Source: Corallochytrium limacisporum Hawaii (Eukaryota; Protista; Pluriformea). From it: 64,000 nt of DNA. The first letter of the stretch is position 1; every line of letters starts with the position of its first letter. The stretch lies in assembly GCA_002811645.1 (NCBI GenBank), contig PDIP01000077.1, positions 159,976-223,975 of the forward strand, in the 5' to 3' direction. The notes beneath the pieces are model-generated. The model was not told where the DNA came from and made no database searches. It was given only the letters and a program-made list of their open reading frames with translations. A program made the position numbers and the translations under genes. Shown one piece after another: positions 38,201-51,025 of the stretch.

Positions 38201-40719
38201 CCTCGCAGGAGGAGGAAGAGGACGGCCAGCAATGCTTGGAAGGAGAGGGTGGGGTTGTTGTCCAACGACCTCTCATCATGGTGCTATCTCTTGCCAGTCT
38301 GGCCTTACTGGCCGGCACCCCTGCACTAAGGTTTACATGTTCTAGGATCCAACAGGAACCAGTGATGCCATATAGTGGCTTCATCGAGCTACAGACGTAG
38401 ATCCAATCATTCCACCATTGTCTTCAGCTAAGCAAGACCCACACCTATCATCATCGGCTCATCTGTGGCGCGCGCATGAGGGACGGATGCATCTGGTATC
38501 CCCAACTCCTACCTAGACACAAAGAAGGAGGAGACTTCGTCACCTGTTGTATCCACAGTGCATCAAACATCCAACGGCCACCTCACAAACCAGGGTACTC
38601 GCCCCGCTGCCCCATCGAACTGAGACCTTCTACGAGCCGTGCTTTGTGAATCGCCTGCATTTTGCATACTTAGTTGCGACTCGGTCTCTTTGTCTTTTCA
38701 TCTAACAACATTCCACGAAGTGTCGCCACCGCGTCACATGCCAAGCCACGCTTCGGTTCGATGTGAATATGGGGATACGTATGCAGGAGCGACGGGAAGG
38801 GGCCGTTCCACACGTCGACCGCGCATCCATGTGCCTGATTCCTGCCATCACAGGCCCATCGCACCATGACCATATACTCACTATCTCGTTGTATACACCA
38901 TCCGAAGGAACCAAACCTCTCTCATGAGCAAATCGCGTAGTGCCATGCACATCTGGTTAGCCCTGCATGCGGTGTGCAGCTCCCGTGACTGCAGCGTGTC
39001 TCCACTTCACCGTGGAATTGTGTTGTCATCGCGTCCACTCTATTACTCCGGTCCGCGCGGTGACGTTCGCAGAAACAGATTTGATTCCACTTCGAATATC
39101 GGCTTTGTGTGTTCACAACGAAGCGACGGTTACGTAGAGTGTAATTTCCAGGCATACGCCTTCCCTCGTCCCCAGAATGCAGGCCAAGAAAATACCAACC
39201 GCGCCGATGGGATCTTAATATGTGCTGGGAAAAAAACTCCTGGGTTGTTCTCAGCTGTTGTTCTGTATAGTGAGTCGCTTTCGGATCTTATTCTAAAAAC
39301 GTGACGTAGAAAATCTTCCATACGAAGCACATAATCCTTCGATTCCCACTTGGAAGTGCACTGCGGTCACACGGCCACAGCTCGTCTCGACTCGATGGTG
39401 AATCCAAATCGGTACATTTTGTACCGACAATGAGTCGTGTCTAGGTTACTCTCGGACGTTTTCTCGCTTAAGCCCTCACTGTGTCCTTAGCGAGGTTGCG
39501 CGCTACTTGCGCCCCGCTTGCCACACAATGGCATGCATTCCACATCATAGGGCCTTGATGATCAGGACTGACTTCATGTTAACGTCAGCGTATACGTGTT
39601 GCTGCATAGGATGATCATACTTCTCACTCTTCTGTCCACACCGGAGTCAAGATACCGTATGCTACTCCCGCAACCAGCGGGATCGCTTCCATCATCCTAT
39701 TCAATGAGTCATAGAAGATGTTGTCGAACCAGTCAGTGAAAATACAAGCATGCAAGTTTTTGGTGTGGTTCTAGGGTGGTCGGCGCATCCATTTCCGCTC
39801 TAGATGCGACATCCATGGCTGAATATTTTGGTTCTTAGACTTCCATCTTCAGCTGCTATCTTCCTGCCGCCAAGATCTCTCACCCTTCAGTTCACCGACC
39901 GAAGATGGCACAGGATAGATTATATGATTTTAATCAGATTTGTTTTCCGTTGCCCAACACGAAGCGCATAATAGTATTGGAAAGGCCACCCAATGGGTTA
40001 GGTGATCAGTTTATGTGAGAACATTTGAGAACCCTCCCCGCTATGCGCGGGGCGACCGGTCTACCCCAGGGGGTGAATGAATATTTGGTCAACGAAGAAA
40101 CGTGCAGCGAGTTCAGCAGCTCATATAGTGACGGAACTGCGTTCGGACGGGACGAGGTTGACGGAACCGAAACCGTCCGGAAGCGGTGCCTGATCCACGG
40201 CTTTACGGGATTTCTTCTTCCACGGTGACTCCGTGCTTAATGGTCTTCGTGGACTTTGGCGTCATGCAGCGGCGGCTGGTCTTCCGATTTCTGGGCTGTT
40301 ACACTTTTCGCAGGACTGCGCATAGGCTTGATAGCTGTGATCGCAAACGGCATATCACCCCGTTCTTCCTGCCTGCGCATCGTACGGCTCAGTTCCTCAA
40401 GGGTTAAGCAGGAAAGGTCCGTGCCGACCTGGACATGTCAAAATTTTACTTCTGTCGAGAACTGAGGGACACTTTCCGTTTCTGTGTATAAGATGGTGCA
40501 TACGACTGATGCCCGTGCAAGTACGAGCCTGCATCACCAACAGTACCCCACCGATATCGACCATCCCCAGAGGGAGGAACACAGATATTGGCACTCCAAC
40601 GATTTCAGCAATGCAGGTAAAGGACTACGATCCACGTATACAGGATCAACGAGCCACACGAAAGCGAACTAACTGCGACATGGTGTATCAAAATATGAAG
40701 CAAATGGAATCGAACACTT

Positions 40720-41000
40720 CCTTTTTTTTTTTTGCGCGTTCTGGGCAGAGTATTCTGTCCGGTCCTTTTCCTTACTTTTTCCTCCTGGCTCCGAGAAGCG
40801 GATTGAACTTTGGGGGGGGGGGGGCCGGCGCCAATTGGGAAGTTGTGAGCCAGCCAGGGCCGGTGTAGCTTGCCTGCCAGGTTCCCCGCGTTTTTGAGCA
40901 GCCTCTGGTCCCTTGCTCCCAACCCCGGAACCCTCCGCCTGAGAGCCACCGATGGTTGCGCCGGTGGTAGTGGGTTCCGGTCCCCGCTGTTGGTCTGGAG
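40720..41000. promoter_or_regulatory. Promoter-like island upstream of muskelin
   Basis: Long T run and long G run plus GC-rich sequence just before the leader intron candidates. Confidence 0.4.
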
Positions 41001-41018
41001 GAGGTACAATGTGTTGCG

Positions 41019-41202
41019 GTACGTGACGTTCTCGTGCTTGGTTCACGGAGGCTCTCCCATTTTCTTGGGTGGAAAGTGAGAAACGACACAGTAACATCTT
41101 ATCTGGTAATTCTAAGTTGGTACTTTATGTTGACCATGGAGCTAACAGCAATTTTTGTGTGTGAGCGGTAAACGTGGACTGGGCAACTGCTGCTATTCTC
41201 AG
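41019..41202 (+). other. Candidate 5'-UTR intron(s) of muskelin
   Basis: CG|GTACGT at 41019, GCTAAC at 41141, GTGAGC at 41161, CTATTCTCAG ending at 41202; exact structure ambiguous. Confidence 0.4.
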
Positions 41203-41240
41203 CCATGCACTGGGAGGGATCCCGTTTGTGAAATCAAATA

Positions 41241-43889
41241 ATGGAGTTCGAACAAATAAGCCTCACGGAGGCTTTCAATGGCCTGGATCGGCAACTAGAT
41301 ACAGAGGAAGATGAAAAGTTGACATACGAAATTGATTCGTGGTCTAGCCACTCGGCGCAGTACCATCCGCGCAATATTTTAGTGGACCGGCCGGTGGAAC
41401 AGTCTTCGCGGTGGTCTTCGGCCAGCACCAGTCAGATTCAATTCGTGCAACTACGGCTGAGCAAGCCTGCTCTAGTACGTAATGTCACTTTCGGTAAGTT
41501 TCACAAGCAACACGTGTGTAATCTCAAGGAATTCAAAGTCTACGGTGGCCTGACCAAGACCAACATGCGAGAGATGCTGCACCATGGCCTGCGCAATAAT
41601 GACGTGCCGGAGACATTTCCCCTGAGGTACTCTGCGGATGGCATTTTCTTTCCGGTAAAGTACATTAAGATTGTGCCACTGATGGCATGGGGAGCCAATT
41701 TTAACTACAGCATCTGGTACGTCGGTCTGAGTGGCGTGCAGCAAGCGGAACTGATGTCCCAGGCCTTCCATATCTTTGACAGTCATCGGGAACGGGAGGC
41801 AGTTCGGTTATGTCTCAAGTATTTCCGCCAGCGCAACTATATGGAACAGTTTGAGAGCCTTCAGAAGCGGACGAAGGTCATCCTGGAGGCACCGGTGTTG
41901 AGCGAGTTGCACAGTAACATTGTGCGGGAAGGCAACCTGAAGAAGGCAGAAGAGATCTTGGAAACATGTGCGCGGGAAGGTGTGTTTTCAGACTTTATTT
42001 CTGAGTCTTCGTATTACCCGCGGTGGCGTTTGATTACGCCGAACGGGCCAGACGGCGGAGCAGCGCAGCAGGACGCACGACCACGCATGCGTGGTGGGCA
42101 TCAAATGTGCGTGGATACGATCAACGAAGTAATCTATCTCTACGGTGGTTGGGACGGTCACGTAGATCTGGCGGATCTGTGGGCGTACAATATTAAGGAG
42201 AATGTGTGGACCTGCCTCATGTACGACACGGCAGCCAACGGGGGGCCCAGTGCACGGAGTTGTCACAAGATTTGCTTTGATCCACAGCGGCGACGCATAT
42301 ACACACTGGGCCGCTACGTCGATGAGGAGGGCCGCAAGTCGGTTTTGGAGAGCGATTTCTTCTACTATGACCTTGACGGTGGCAACTGGGTAAAACTATG
42401 CAGCAACACAGCCTCGCGCGGTGGACCAGAGTTGATGTACGATCATCAGGTGGCCCTCGACCCGTTGACCTCCACCATGTGGATCTTTGGTGGTCGCATC
42501 ATCCGTAGTGGCCATCACGAGTGCCCATTCAGCGGTCTGTTCTCGTATCACATTCCCACAGACACCTGGAACACGCACATTGCTGCGAACGGCTCTCCCA
42601 CAAACATGGACGGATTTGGTGACATCAAGGGTCGTGTGGGACACTCCATGCTCTTTGACACCAATGGCCGCCAGCTGCTGATATTTGGCGGCCAACGCCA
42701 CAAGGAAGTGTTGAGTGACCTCCACGCTCTCAGTGTGGAGACCCTGGAACATCGTGAAGTCTTCCGCGACTGCAGCCGCAGTGGTGGACCAGACCTGGGT
42801 TTGACCCAGCGGGCATCCATTGACAACAACCTGCAGGAACTATTTGTAATTACCTCAATCATTCGCGACAAGGCGCAGGGTGGCAGCGGTGCCGGATCTG
42901 CACTGGATCCCAACGGCTTCCAGAGTGCTGGTGGGCGTGCCTCCTCGGTCCCTGGTGGCAGTGGATCCGCGAGCGGCAGTGGCAATGCCAATTCGTCCGG
43001 TGGGCGCATAGCAGTGTGGGTGTATTCACTGCGCCGGGGTCGCTGGACGCGTATTGTGCGCGAAAACAATCAGTCATCACTGCACCGCAGATATGCCGCA
43101 CAATTAGGGGCCAATGGCTCAGGCAGCAGTGGTGGCCGCGGTGGCAGTGGCATGCTGGGAGAGCTTGGTGATGGCGGCCGCACGGGCGAAGGCGATTTGG
43201 AAGGCGAGACGCGGAGTGGTACGGTTACCGGTAGTGCCGGTGTCAGTGGTTCATCGTCGTCGATTGGTGGAACCGTGGGAACACCATTCGGTCCGCCCGA
43301 GGAACCTCGACCGCGCCTGGCGCACCAGGTAATTTTTGACGAGGTTCGGGGCCGGCATTACCTCTTTGGTGGCAATCCGGGTGACCCGGGGGCCCTCCGT
43401 CTGCGCCTCGACGACTTTTGGGAACTGATTTTGCAGCGGCCTACGGAGGATTCCATTATGCGGCAGTGCCGCTTCCTCGTGCGGCGACAGATCTTCAAGG
43501 AAATCTGCGAGCAGTCGTCTGTAGAGGCGCTGCGCTACCTGCAGACATCTCTTGCCGAAGTGGTGGATCACGGCGACAAGGACGAGAGCGCTGAGTTCCG
43601 CAGTTTGACTGCACGATTGTTCCAGCGCTCCACGAAGGCCACGGCTCCGACAACGGCGGCCTCCACGCCGAGTGGGGATGCCATGAGCAGCACACCGCAG
43701 AGTAGCACCACGGGTGCGGGAGAAGGATTGGTCAGCTCGACTTCCGTGGATGACAGCATGGGTGGCCAGGGACCGGAGGGCAGCAACCTCTATACGCAGC
43801 GCATGCGCCTGTACGAGGAGTTGGTTTGCTACTTCCCGAATCACATGAAGCAGCCGCGGGCTAACCTGGTGGATCTGGTCACACTGTAG
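41241..43889 (+). CDS. MKLN1: Muskelin (discoidin-like, LisH, CTLH, kelch repeats); CTLH/GID E3 ligase subunit
   Basis: YHPRNILVDRP..QSSRWSS, TFGKFHKQHVCNLKEFKVYGG, WGANFNYSIWYV, EAVRLCLKYFRQ (LisH), PRMRGGHQM, PSARSCHK, LFGGNPG...RLDDFW, C-terminal FP..MKQP..NLVDL. Confidence 0.96.
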   Translation: MEFEQISLTEAFNGLDRQLDTEEDEKLTYEIDSWSSHSAQYHPRNILVDRPVEQSSRWSSASTSQIQFVQLRLSKPALVRNVTFGKFHKQHVCNLKEFKVYGGLTKTNMREMLHHGLRNNDVPETFPLRYSADGIFFPVKYIKIVPLMAWGANFNYSIWYVGLSGVQQAELMSQAFHIFDSHREREAVRLCLKYFRQRNYMEQFESLQKRTKVILEAPVLSELHSNIVREGNLKKAEEILETCAREGVFSDFISESSYYPRWRLITPNGPDGGAAQQDARPRMRGGHQMCVDTINEVIYLYGGWDGHVDLADLWAYNIKENVWTCLMYDTAANGGPSARSCHKICFDPQRRRIYTLGRYVDEEGRKSVLESDFFYYDLDGGNWVKLCSNTASRGGPELMYDHQVALDPLTSTMWIFGGRIIRSGHHECPFSGLFSYHIPTDTWNTHIAANGSPTNMDGFGDIKGRVGHSMLFDTNGRQLLIFGGQRHKEVLSDLHALSVETLEHREVFRDCSRSGGPDLGLTQRASIDNNLQELFVITSIIRDKAQGGSGAGSALDPNGFQSAGGRASSVPGGSGSASGSGNANSSGGRIAVWVYSLRRGRWTRIVRENNQSSLHRRYAAQLGANGSGSSGGRGGSGMLGELGDGGRTGEGDLEGETRSGTVTGSAGVSGSSSSIGGTVGTPFGPPEEPRPRLAHQVIFDEVRGRHYLFGGNPGDPGALRLRLDDFWELILQRPTEDSIMRQCRFLVRRQIFKEICEQSSVEALRYLQTSLAEVVDHGDKDESAEFRSLTARLFQRSTKATAPTTAASTPSGDAMSSTPQSSTTGAGEGLVSSTSVDDSMGGQGPEGSNLYTQRMRLYEELVCYFPNHMKQPRANLVDLVTL

Positions 43890-44049
43890 TGTGCCGGTAC
43901 CGTACCGATTGAAAAGCTGACGGGATTTTCTATGCTGGTTCATCTGAAACTCTCAAATTAAAATAGTTGCAAACGAGTAGGAAAAAGTGAGAAAGGAATG
44001 ATGATGATGTGGGGTCTGTTTAATTTTGTCATGGTTTATCAGATTAAGT

Positions 44050-45693
44050 CTACGCCTTGCCCGCAGTGTTCTCGACAATGATGTTGTAGCAGGCAGGGAA
44101 AGTCAGGAACTCGTCCAGAGCCTCGTCGCCAATCATTTTCTTCAGCACCTCGGCGGCTCGCTCGTAGGTGGCAGGGAACTTCTCTCCCATCTCCTGCTTG
44201 GTCTGGGCGACATTTTCGTCGATCAGTTGGCGGACCGAGTCCACTGTCACCTTGAATCCGTCGACCTCAACGCCGTACTTGATCTGCTGGAACAGCTGAG
44301 CTCTGCTAATCTCCGCGGTGGCAGCATCCTCCATGAGGTTGTGGATCGGTACACAGCCCATGCCGCCGAGCCAGGCACCCATGTACTGCAGGCAAATGTC
44401 AATGTTTAGTTTGATGCCTTCCAATGTCAGGTGCCCACTAAAGTCAGTGGACAGCAGATCGTTTTGACCCACATGGACGTCATCCCTTTGCTTGTCAATC
44501 TGGTTTGCGTTGGGCATGTGCTCGTTGAAAATCTTCATCGCGAGGGGAATCAAACCCGGATGGGCAACCCAGGTGCCGTCGTGACCCGCCTTCACCTCGC
44601 GCAGCTTATCGTTGGTAACCTTGTCCATGGCCTTTGCGTTGGCATCGGCATCGGTCTTGATGGGAATTTGGGCTGCCATCCCTCCCATGGCATGCACACC
44701 ACGACGGTGGCAGGTCTTGATCAGCAGACGTACATAGGCGTCCATGAATGGAGTGGTCATGGTGACGTCGGAGCGGTTGGGTAGCAGGAATTGCTTGTGC
44801 TCAATCAGACGCTTGATGAAGCTAAAGATGTAGTCCCAGCGACCGCAGTTCAAACCAGAGCTATGCTCCTTGAGCTCAAAGATTATCTCGTCCATCTCAA
44901 AGGCGGCAGTAATGGTCTCAATCAGCACGGTGGCCCGGATGGTACCCCGGGGCAGACCCACTGCCTGTTGAGCAAAGACGAACACGTTGTTCCACCAGCG
45001 GGCCTCGAGGTGGGACTCCAGTTTGGGAATGTAGAAGTAAGGCCCCTGGCCAATCTGCAGGCTCTTGCGAGCATTGTGGTAGAAGTAGAGACCAAAGTCG
45101 AAAAGCGAACCGGACAGGGGCTCGCCGTCAATCAGAATGTGCTTCTCATCCATGTGCAGACCACGAGGGCGAGCCAGCAGCGTGGCGACCTTGTCGTTGA
45201 GCTTGTACTTCTTGCCAGTGGCAGGGTTTTCGAATTCAATGGTGCGGTGGATGGCGTCGTGCATGTTGACCTGGCCACCCACAGCGTTCTCCCAAGTGGG
45301 ACTGTTAGAGTCCTCAAAATCAGCCATGAAGCACTTGGCACCAGAATTTAGGGCGTTGATGATCATCTTGCGGTCGACAGGACCGGTGATCTCCACGCGG
45401 CGGTCCTGCAGGCCGGGGGCCAGCGGTGCAGCCTTCCAGTTACCCTTGCGAATGTGTTCGGTCTCGGGGAGGAAGTCCGGGAGCTCGCCATTGTTGATCT
45501 TCTTCTGGCGCTGCTGACGCGAAGCCAGCAACTCGCGGCGCTGCATGTTGAAGTTGCGGTGCAGCTCAGCGAGGAAACGCAGAGCTTGCAGGGTCAGAAT
45601 GTGGCCCTGCTGCTCGGTGACCTCGCCAAGGACCTGGATGCCCTCAGGAGCCAGGGACTTGTTGATGTAGTCCTTTCCCCGCATTTCAGCCAT
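44050..45693 (-). CDS. MLS1: Malate synthase (MSA type)
   Basis: [82 protein letters not shown]. First ATG at 45693 (track start is GTG). Confidence 0.98.
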   Translation of the reverse strand: MAEMRGKDYINKSLAPEGIQVLGEVTEQQGHILTLQALRFLAELHRNFNMQRRELLASRQQRQKKINNGELPDFLPETEHIRKGNWKAAPLAPGLQDRRVEITGPVDRKMIINALNSGAKCFMADFEDSNSPTWENAVGGQVNMHDAIHRTIEFENPATGKKYKLNDKVATLLARPRGLHMDEKHILIDGEPLSGSLFDFGLYFYHNARKSLQIGQGPYFYIPKLESHLEARWWNNVFVFAQQAVGLPRGTIRATVLIETITAAFEMDEIIFELKEHSSGLNCGRWDYIFSFIKRLIEHKQFLLPNRSDVTMTTPFMDAYVRLLIKTCHRRGVHAMGGMAAQIPIKTDADANAKAMDKVTNDKLREVKAGHDGTWVAHPGLIPLAMKIFNEHMPNANQIDKQRDDVHVGQNDLLSTDFSGHLTLEGIKLNIDICLQYMGAWLGGMGCVPIHNLMEDAATAEISRAQLFQQIKYGVEVDGFKVTVDSVRQLIDENVAQTKQEMGEKFPATYERAAEVLKKMIGDEALDEFLTFPACYNIIVENTAGKA

Positions 45694-45741
45694 TGTGTTG
45701 TTTTGGTCGTTTTGTTTTATGTTGTCCACCTGCGATTGTTC

Positions 45742-45810
45742 CTACAAGTCGAACATTAGCTCCTGGCAGCCGTCCGCATGTCATGCCCTGTGGTCGGCAC
45801 TGTCACATAC
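45742..45810 (-). other. Candidate 5'-UTR intron of malate synthase
   Basis: AAG|GTATGT donor at 45810, GCTAAT branch at 45760-45755, TTGTAG acceptor ending at 45742 (alternative CGCAG at 45730); no in-frame ATG upstream before a stop. Confidence 0.6.
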
Positions 45811-46434
45811 CTTTACTGGATCGTGAGTCTTTATGTGGGACTCTTTTCGTGACTGTGGTACGCAAAGCACTGTAAGACAACAAGACGACGGGCGCTTCAG
45901 GGAGCACCTATGTCACGCATCGAAGCACAGATCTACACTGAAAACAACCAAAGCACAGGCACACACACACACTCACGCAATGTCGGAGAAGAATCTGAAC
46001 CGCCCAGGACCCAACCCAAACCCCCTTCTTCCCCCCCCCTCCCCCTGGCCCCGTCCCGTCTACCCGTCCCCGTACTGAATCAACTGCCATGCCAGCCCAA
46101 AAAAATCTCGTGTGCCCAGCCAAAAATGAACCGATACAGCGTTTGGGTGGGTACACAGAGACAGAGACAGAGACAAGGGGAAAGACTGATTGCAAACGTT
46201 TTCTGGTTTCGAGGTGTGTCGATGGCGGGCGTGTGTTGTGTGTGTGTGTGTGTGTAAGAAAGCCGATCTCTCTGCTGGGTGTAGTCCTTTGACTGAAGCC
46301 ACAGAGACAGACTGACACAAAGAGAGAGAGAGAGAGAGGAGAGTGCGTATGTCTGTGTCTGTGTGTATCACCCCCCCTGGGGCAAGGGACGGACGCAGCT
46401 GTGAGGAATGAGCCGATCATGCCTGCCTGTTCGA

Positions 46435-46441
<7 letters not shown>

Positions 46442-46510
<69 letters not shown>
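46442..46510. repeat. (CT)n microsatellite, about 34 units
   Basis: Directly visible. Confidence 0.95.
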
Positions 46511-46524
<14 letters not shown>

Positions 46525-48696
46525 GCTCTAGTCCGAATGTATTCTCCACCCACCTTCCTGTTCCTTTCGCTCTCGCTCTTCTCACTCTTTCTCTCTCTTT
46601 ACATTCTGGCGCGGTCGTCGTTTCGTTGCCCAGTCTTCCTTTTTATTCAGAAAGGGTTGCTTGCAAAGAGGGAGAGAAGGAGTCAGACAGCGATGGAAGG
46701 AGAAGGAGAAGGGGGGGGGGGTGCGTGTCTGTGTTGGTGTGACATGGGACGGAATGAAACACTGCAAAAATTGGTAGGTTGGTTTTGCGGGCCGTAGCGT
46801 GTGTCCGGGTTGTCGGTGTGCCTTGAAGTCGGTGTGTGCCCACCGCCGCATATCACGCTGGGCACAGGAAGCTGGAGTGGTGCAAGACGCAACCGACGAG
46901 GAAGAAATGGAGGAGAAGGAGGGAAGATTTGTGACTCCACCGACGAGAGCGAGAGAGACAGAGAGACATGCCGGGCTAGAGCCTTTGTTAGGGGGGAGGG
47001 TTGGATAGAGTTATTCTGCGCTGCGCTGCGCTGCAGGGGAGGGGAGAGTCCTCCTTTGACTCTTAATGACGGAGGCACCCCCATTTTTATGCTGGCGTAA
47101 GTGGGTTTTTTTCGTTCTTTTTGAGTTGCTTCGTCGATTCGTCAAAAAGAAAAAAAAAGAAGAAAGGTTGAGAAGAAGACGAGGAGGCGTTAGGGGGGGA
47201 TCTTACGCAACCTCCCGTCCGGTGTTATTTACAATCAGTCCTTATCTATAGGCTCAATACCCTGCGAACGAAACTGCTCTGCGTGGGTACCCAGCAGTGC
47301 ACCCCCGGGCCCACCCCCTCCCGGGAAGAGGGGAGGAGGGAGTGGGTGAGACCCACGGACCGTGGGCAACCAAGCAAAAATACCCACCCACTCCAAGCCT
47401 CGCCTTCCCTTTGCTTCGGTAATGAAAAAGGGAGAACAATGGTGGGCCTGCCTAGGCGGCACATAGATTTTCTATGAGGCAGGGGACCGGTTCGGTGGGG
47501 GGGGGGGTGCAATTTTGACACTGACATCTACGGGACGGAAAAACTGGGAGGTTACGGGGAGGTAGAAGGCATGCGCAGTAGTGAATGTACGGTGGCGTGA
47601 GCCGGTATGAACGGTTCATCTTTCGCGAACCGCCACCACTTCTTCGTACGTGGCAATGAGGGTGGGTGCACGTTACCACACCGATCGCTATGCCACCGAG
47701 TGCGAACTTGGTATTGAACCTATTGAACAGTTTCCGGAACATTGGTGTAAGCGGACAAATGTGGCCTGCCCTTGTTCGCGAAAGTGCGTACGTATCATAC
47801 CATTCTTAGGTGCCGATGAGTCCTTGCCCTTATCTTCCCTCCGGCTGGAAAATTACGGTACCAATGAACCAGATCTTTTGCAAATTTTCATTCATTAACT
47901 TCCGCAAACGAAAAATTGCCGAAGCAGGGGGCCACCAAGGGGACCAGGAGAAGAAGGAAGAGAGAGAGAGAGAGGGACCCCCCCCTTCGGGGAGGGGAGG
48001 GGAGAAGGAAGGGGGGGAGGTGGGTGGGTTAGATTAAGAGAAATCACGCCGGTTTTTTTTTTGTTCCCTTCCCCTCCCCCCTTGCTCCCGGCCGGGCGCC
48101 AGCGCACTTTGTGGCGGGGTGGGGTGGTGTGTGTGTGTGTGTAGTTCGTTAATGGCGGCTGTTGCTGACTCCCAATTCCTTACGAACTGTGCCACCAGTA
48201 GCGGCGCACCGTATACTATCCTGGCCCTTTTTTTTTTGTTTTTCGCTTTTTCCCCTCCTCCCTTTTTTTTAATATACACAGCCGTGAGGTGGTGTGTGAC
48301 GTTTCAGTAGTTTCAGTATTGATATTTTTTCCTTCCTTTTCTCGACGGGTATTTTCTTTTCCGTTTGGTCGCTTGGCCAGTCGTGGTGGGTGCGTGTGGC
48401 GTGTGCCGTGCGTGCTCTTCTCTCTGTCTCTCTCTCTGCGATGAAGTACTACTTAGCTGTTGAAATCGTTCCCGACATGATCCGAACACGAACACACACG
48501 CACACGCAGGAAACGACTACAGAAGCGCCTGATGTGAGAAAAGGCACGGCATGCTCGGGAATGATGTCCGAGATGCGCTCTCACTTTTCCTTCCTTTCCA
48601 GAGAAGCGCGCTGCCATCGCCAAAAAGACTGGTGGTGGTGCCTAAGAACAGGCCAATCTAGCACACACGCACTCACTCACTCCCACCTCCCCCCCC

Positions 48697-49430
48697 NNNN
48701 NNNNNNNNNNNNNNNNNNNNNNNNNNNNNNNNNNNNNNNNNNNNNNNNNNNNNNNNNNNNNNNNNNNNNNNNNNNNNNNNNNNNNNNNNNNNNNNNNNNN
48801 NNNNNNNNNNNNNNNNNNNNNNNNNNNNNNNNNNNNNNNNNNNNNNNNNNNNNNNNNNNNNNNNNNNNNNNNNNNNNNNNNNNNNNNNNNNNNNNNNNNN
48901 NNNNNNNNNNNNNNNNNNNNNNNNNNNNNNNNNNNNNNNNNNNNNNNNNNNNNNNNNNNNNNNNNNNNNNNNNNNNNNNNNNNNNNNNNNNNNNNNNNNN
49001 NNNNNNNNNNNNNNNNNNNNNNNNNNNNNNNNNNNNNNNNNNNNNNNNNNNNNNNNNNNNNNNNNNNNNNNNNNNNNNNNNNNNNNNNNNNNNNNNNNNN
49101 NNNNNNNNNNNNNNNNNNNNNNNNNNNNNNNNNNNNNNNNNNNNNNNNNNNNNNNNNNNNNNNNNNNNNNNNNNNNNNNNNNNNNNNNNNNNNNNNNNNN
49201 NNNNNNNNNNNNNNNNNNNNNNNNNNNNNNNNNNNNNNNNNNNNNNNNNNNNNNNNNNNNNNNNNNNNNNNNNNNNNNNNNNNNNNNNNNNNNNNNNNNN
49301 NNNNNNNNNNNNNNNNNNNNNNNNNNNNNNNNNNNNNNNNNNNNNNNNNNNNNNNNNNNNNNNNNNNNNNNNNNNNNNNNNNNNNNNNNNNNNNNNNNNN
49401 NNNNNNNNNNNNNNNNNNNNNNNNNNNNNN
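48697..49430. other. Assembly gap
   Basis: N run flanked by poly-C (left) and poly-G (right). Confidence 1.
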
Positions 49431-51025
49431 GGGGGGGGCAAGGATTGGAACAAGAGACATTCTTATAGTCCCGTCCTCTTACCAAAAGAGGCTCTCCGTG
49501 TCAGCACTTCCACTATAAGCCGGATCATGCCTTTTTGTGTGTCGGTCGCAGTGTGGGTATTGAGGCGGTAGCGCAAAAATCCCACCCCATTGGAGAGATG
49601 AGAGTGTGTCTGTGGCCGGCGGGGAAGGGGAAGGGGGGATAACGCCTGAAATCATGCCTTTCGTCGGGTGAAGGGCTGCAAAAAATCCTGTACCAAACTA
49701 AAATCGAACTACGCAGGGCTGGGCCAGATCTGAAAACGCACTAAAACGACTGGGCGCGCATCATCCGTCCGTCCCGTCTGCAACAAACACACACACACGC
49801 GCGCACACACACGCTCTCGCACTCACGCATACCTAGCTTGCGGGGACAAACAGGCGCTAAGGTGGTTCGGTGGATGGCTAGTATGGGTGCTCATCCGTGC
49901 TGCTGTTCAGTGGAAAAGCACACACACACAGGCGTGACGTAGCGTTCTTTGGATGAAGCCGCGGCGGTTCTTGGTGTCCTGGGTCGTAGAAGCTGAACCA
50001 GATTGACTCGAACCAGTTGTTTGCCCCGTTACAATCGACACATCCGGACGGTTGGTCGGAGAGATTGGAGCGCTCCCCGTTGGGTATTGGGAATGCCCGA
50101 GTGTTTCTCTTGTGGCCGAGGGATCCTCAGGGCTGGTGGCCGGGAGAAACGGCACCGTGGAGATGGTTGTCCAACGTGCGTATACTGAGCAGCATCTGTT
50201 TGCTCGGTGTGTGTATATGTACGATCAGAAGGCATGATCTTGAAGAGTAATCGAGTGTAATCGCATGAAACACTGTTGTTTAAAGACGCTACGCACATGT
50301 CCATCTTCATGTCTACCGTATGAGCCAGAAGGCAGAGCGCACAGGCAGTGTAATTGCCGTCGAAAGTGACGATGATGGTCATCATTCTCGTCATCACTGC
50401 TGGCGTCTGTGTTCCATGGCAATACTGAATCACGGCCCACATGAACGGGCCATCCTATGGATACCCATACCATACAGTCAAACCCGAGACGATGGCGGCC
50501 GCCCGTGTTTCGGGTGTACACACACACACACAGGGACTACCTCCGGCTATCAACACTTCGATGGGGTCCTGCGGGGGAAGGACTGCACGGGGCCACGCGG
50601 TTCGACGGGTGTACTCGGTCTTCCGGCAAGTCCAAATGGACATTCCGGCGACTAATTTCATCCATATTATCGCAGACTCTCTCTAACTACAACTAATTCA
50701 GTACCGAGCTCAACCCAGTTTGCCCAGCAGTACCTGTACAATAACAAGATCGGGACCGTGATTACAGTGGGCAGGGAATGCGCACGCGGACCGCCCCCTG
50801 CCACGATGCCCGGTGCATTTTGATCGGCGCGACCCGACGCAAACCGTTCTGCCGTGTCTTTCCTCATTCTTCCCATTATTGCCCATATATTATGTACTTA
50901 CGGAAAGCCCATACCAACACCACGAGATATGTCGATCGCGTTCGGTAAAATAAAGAAAAATACAAACATTCTATAGGTAAAGCAGAACGCGGCGAGAGTG
51001 GAAAACAACGGCAAATATATAAAAA

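Noticed and set aside
38440-38560. Peptide WYPQLLPRHKEGGD resembling the L1 'PK.EGGLG' motif
   Set aside because: Single short match with no supporting neighbouring motifs.
48390-49571. ORFs spanning the N gaps (also 9474-9974)
   Set aside because: Artefacts of translating N runs.
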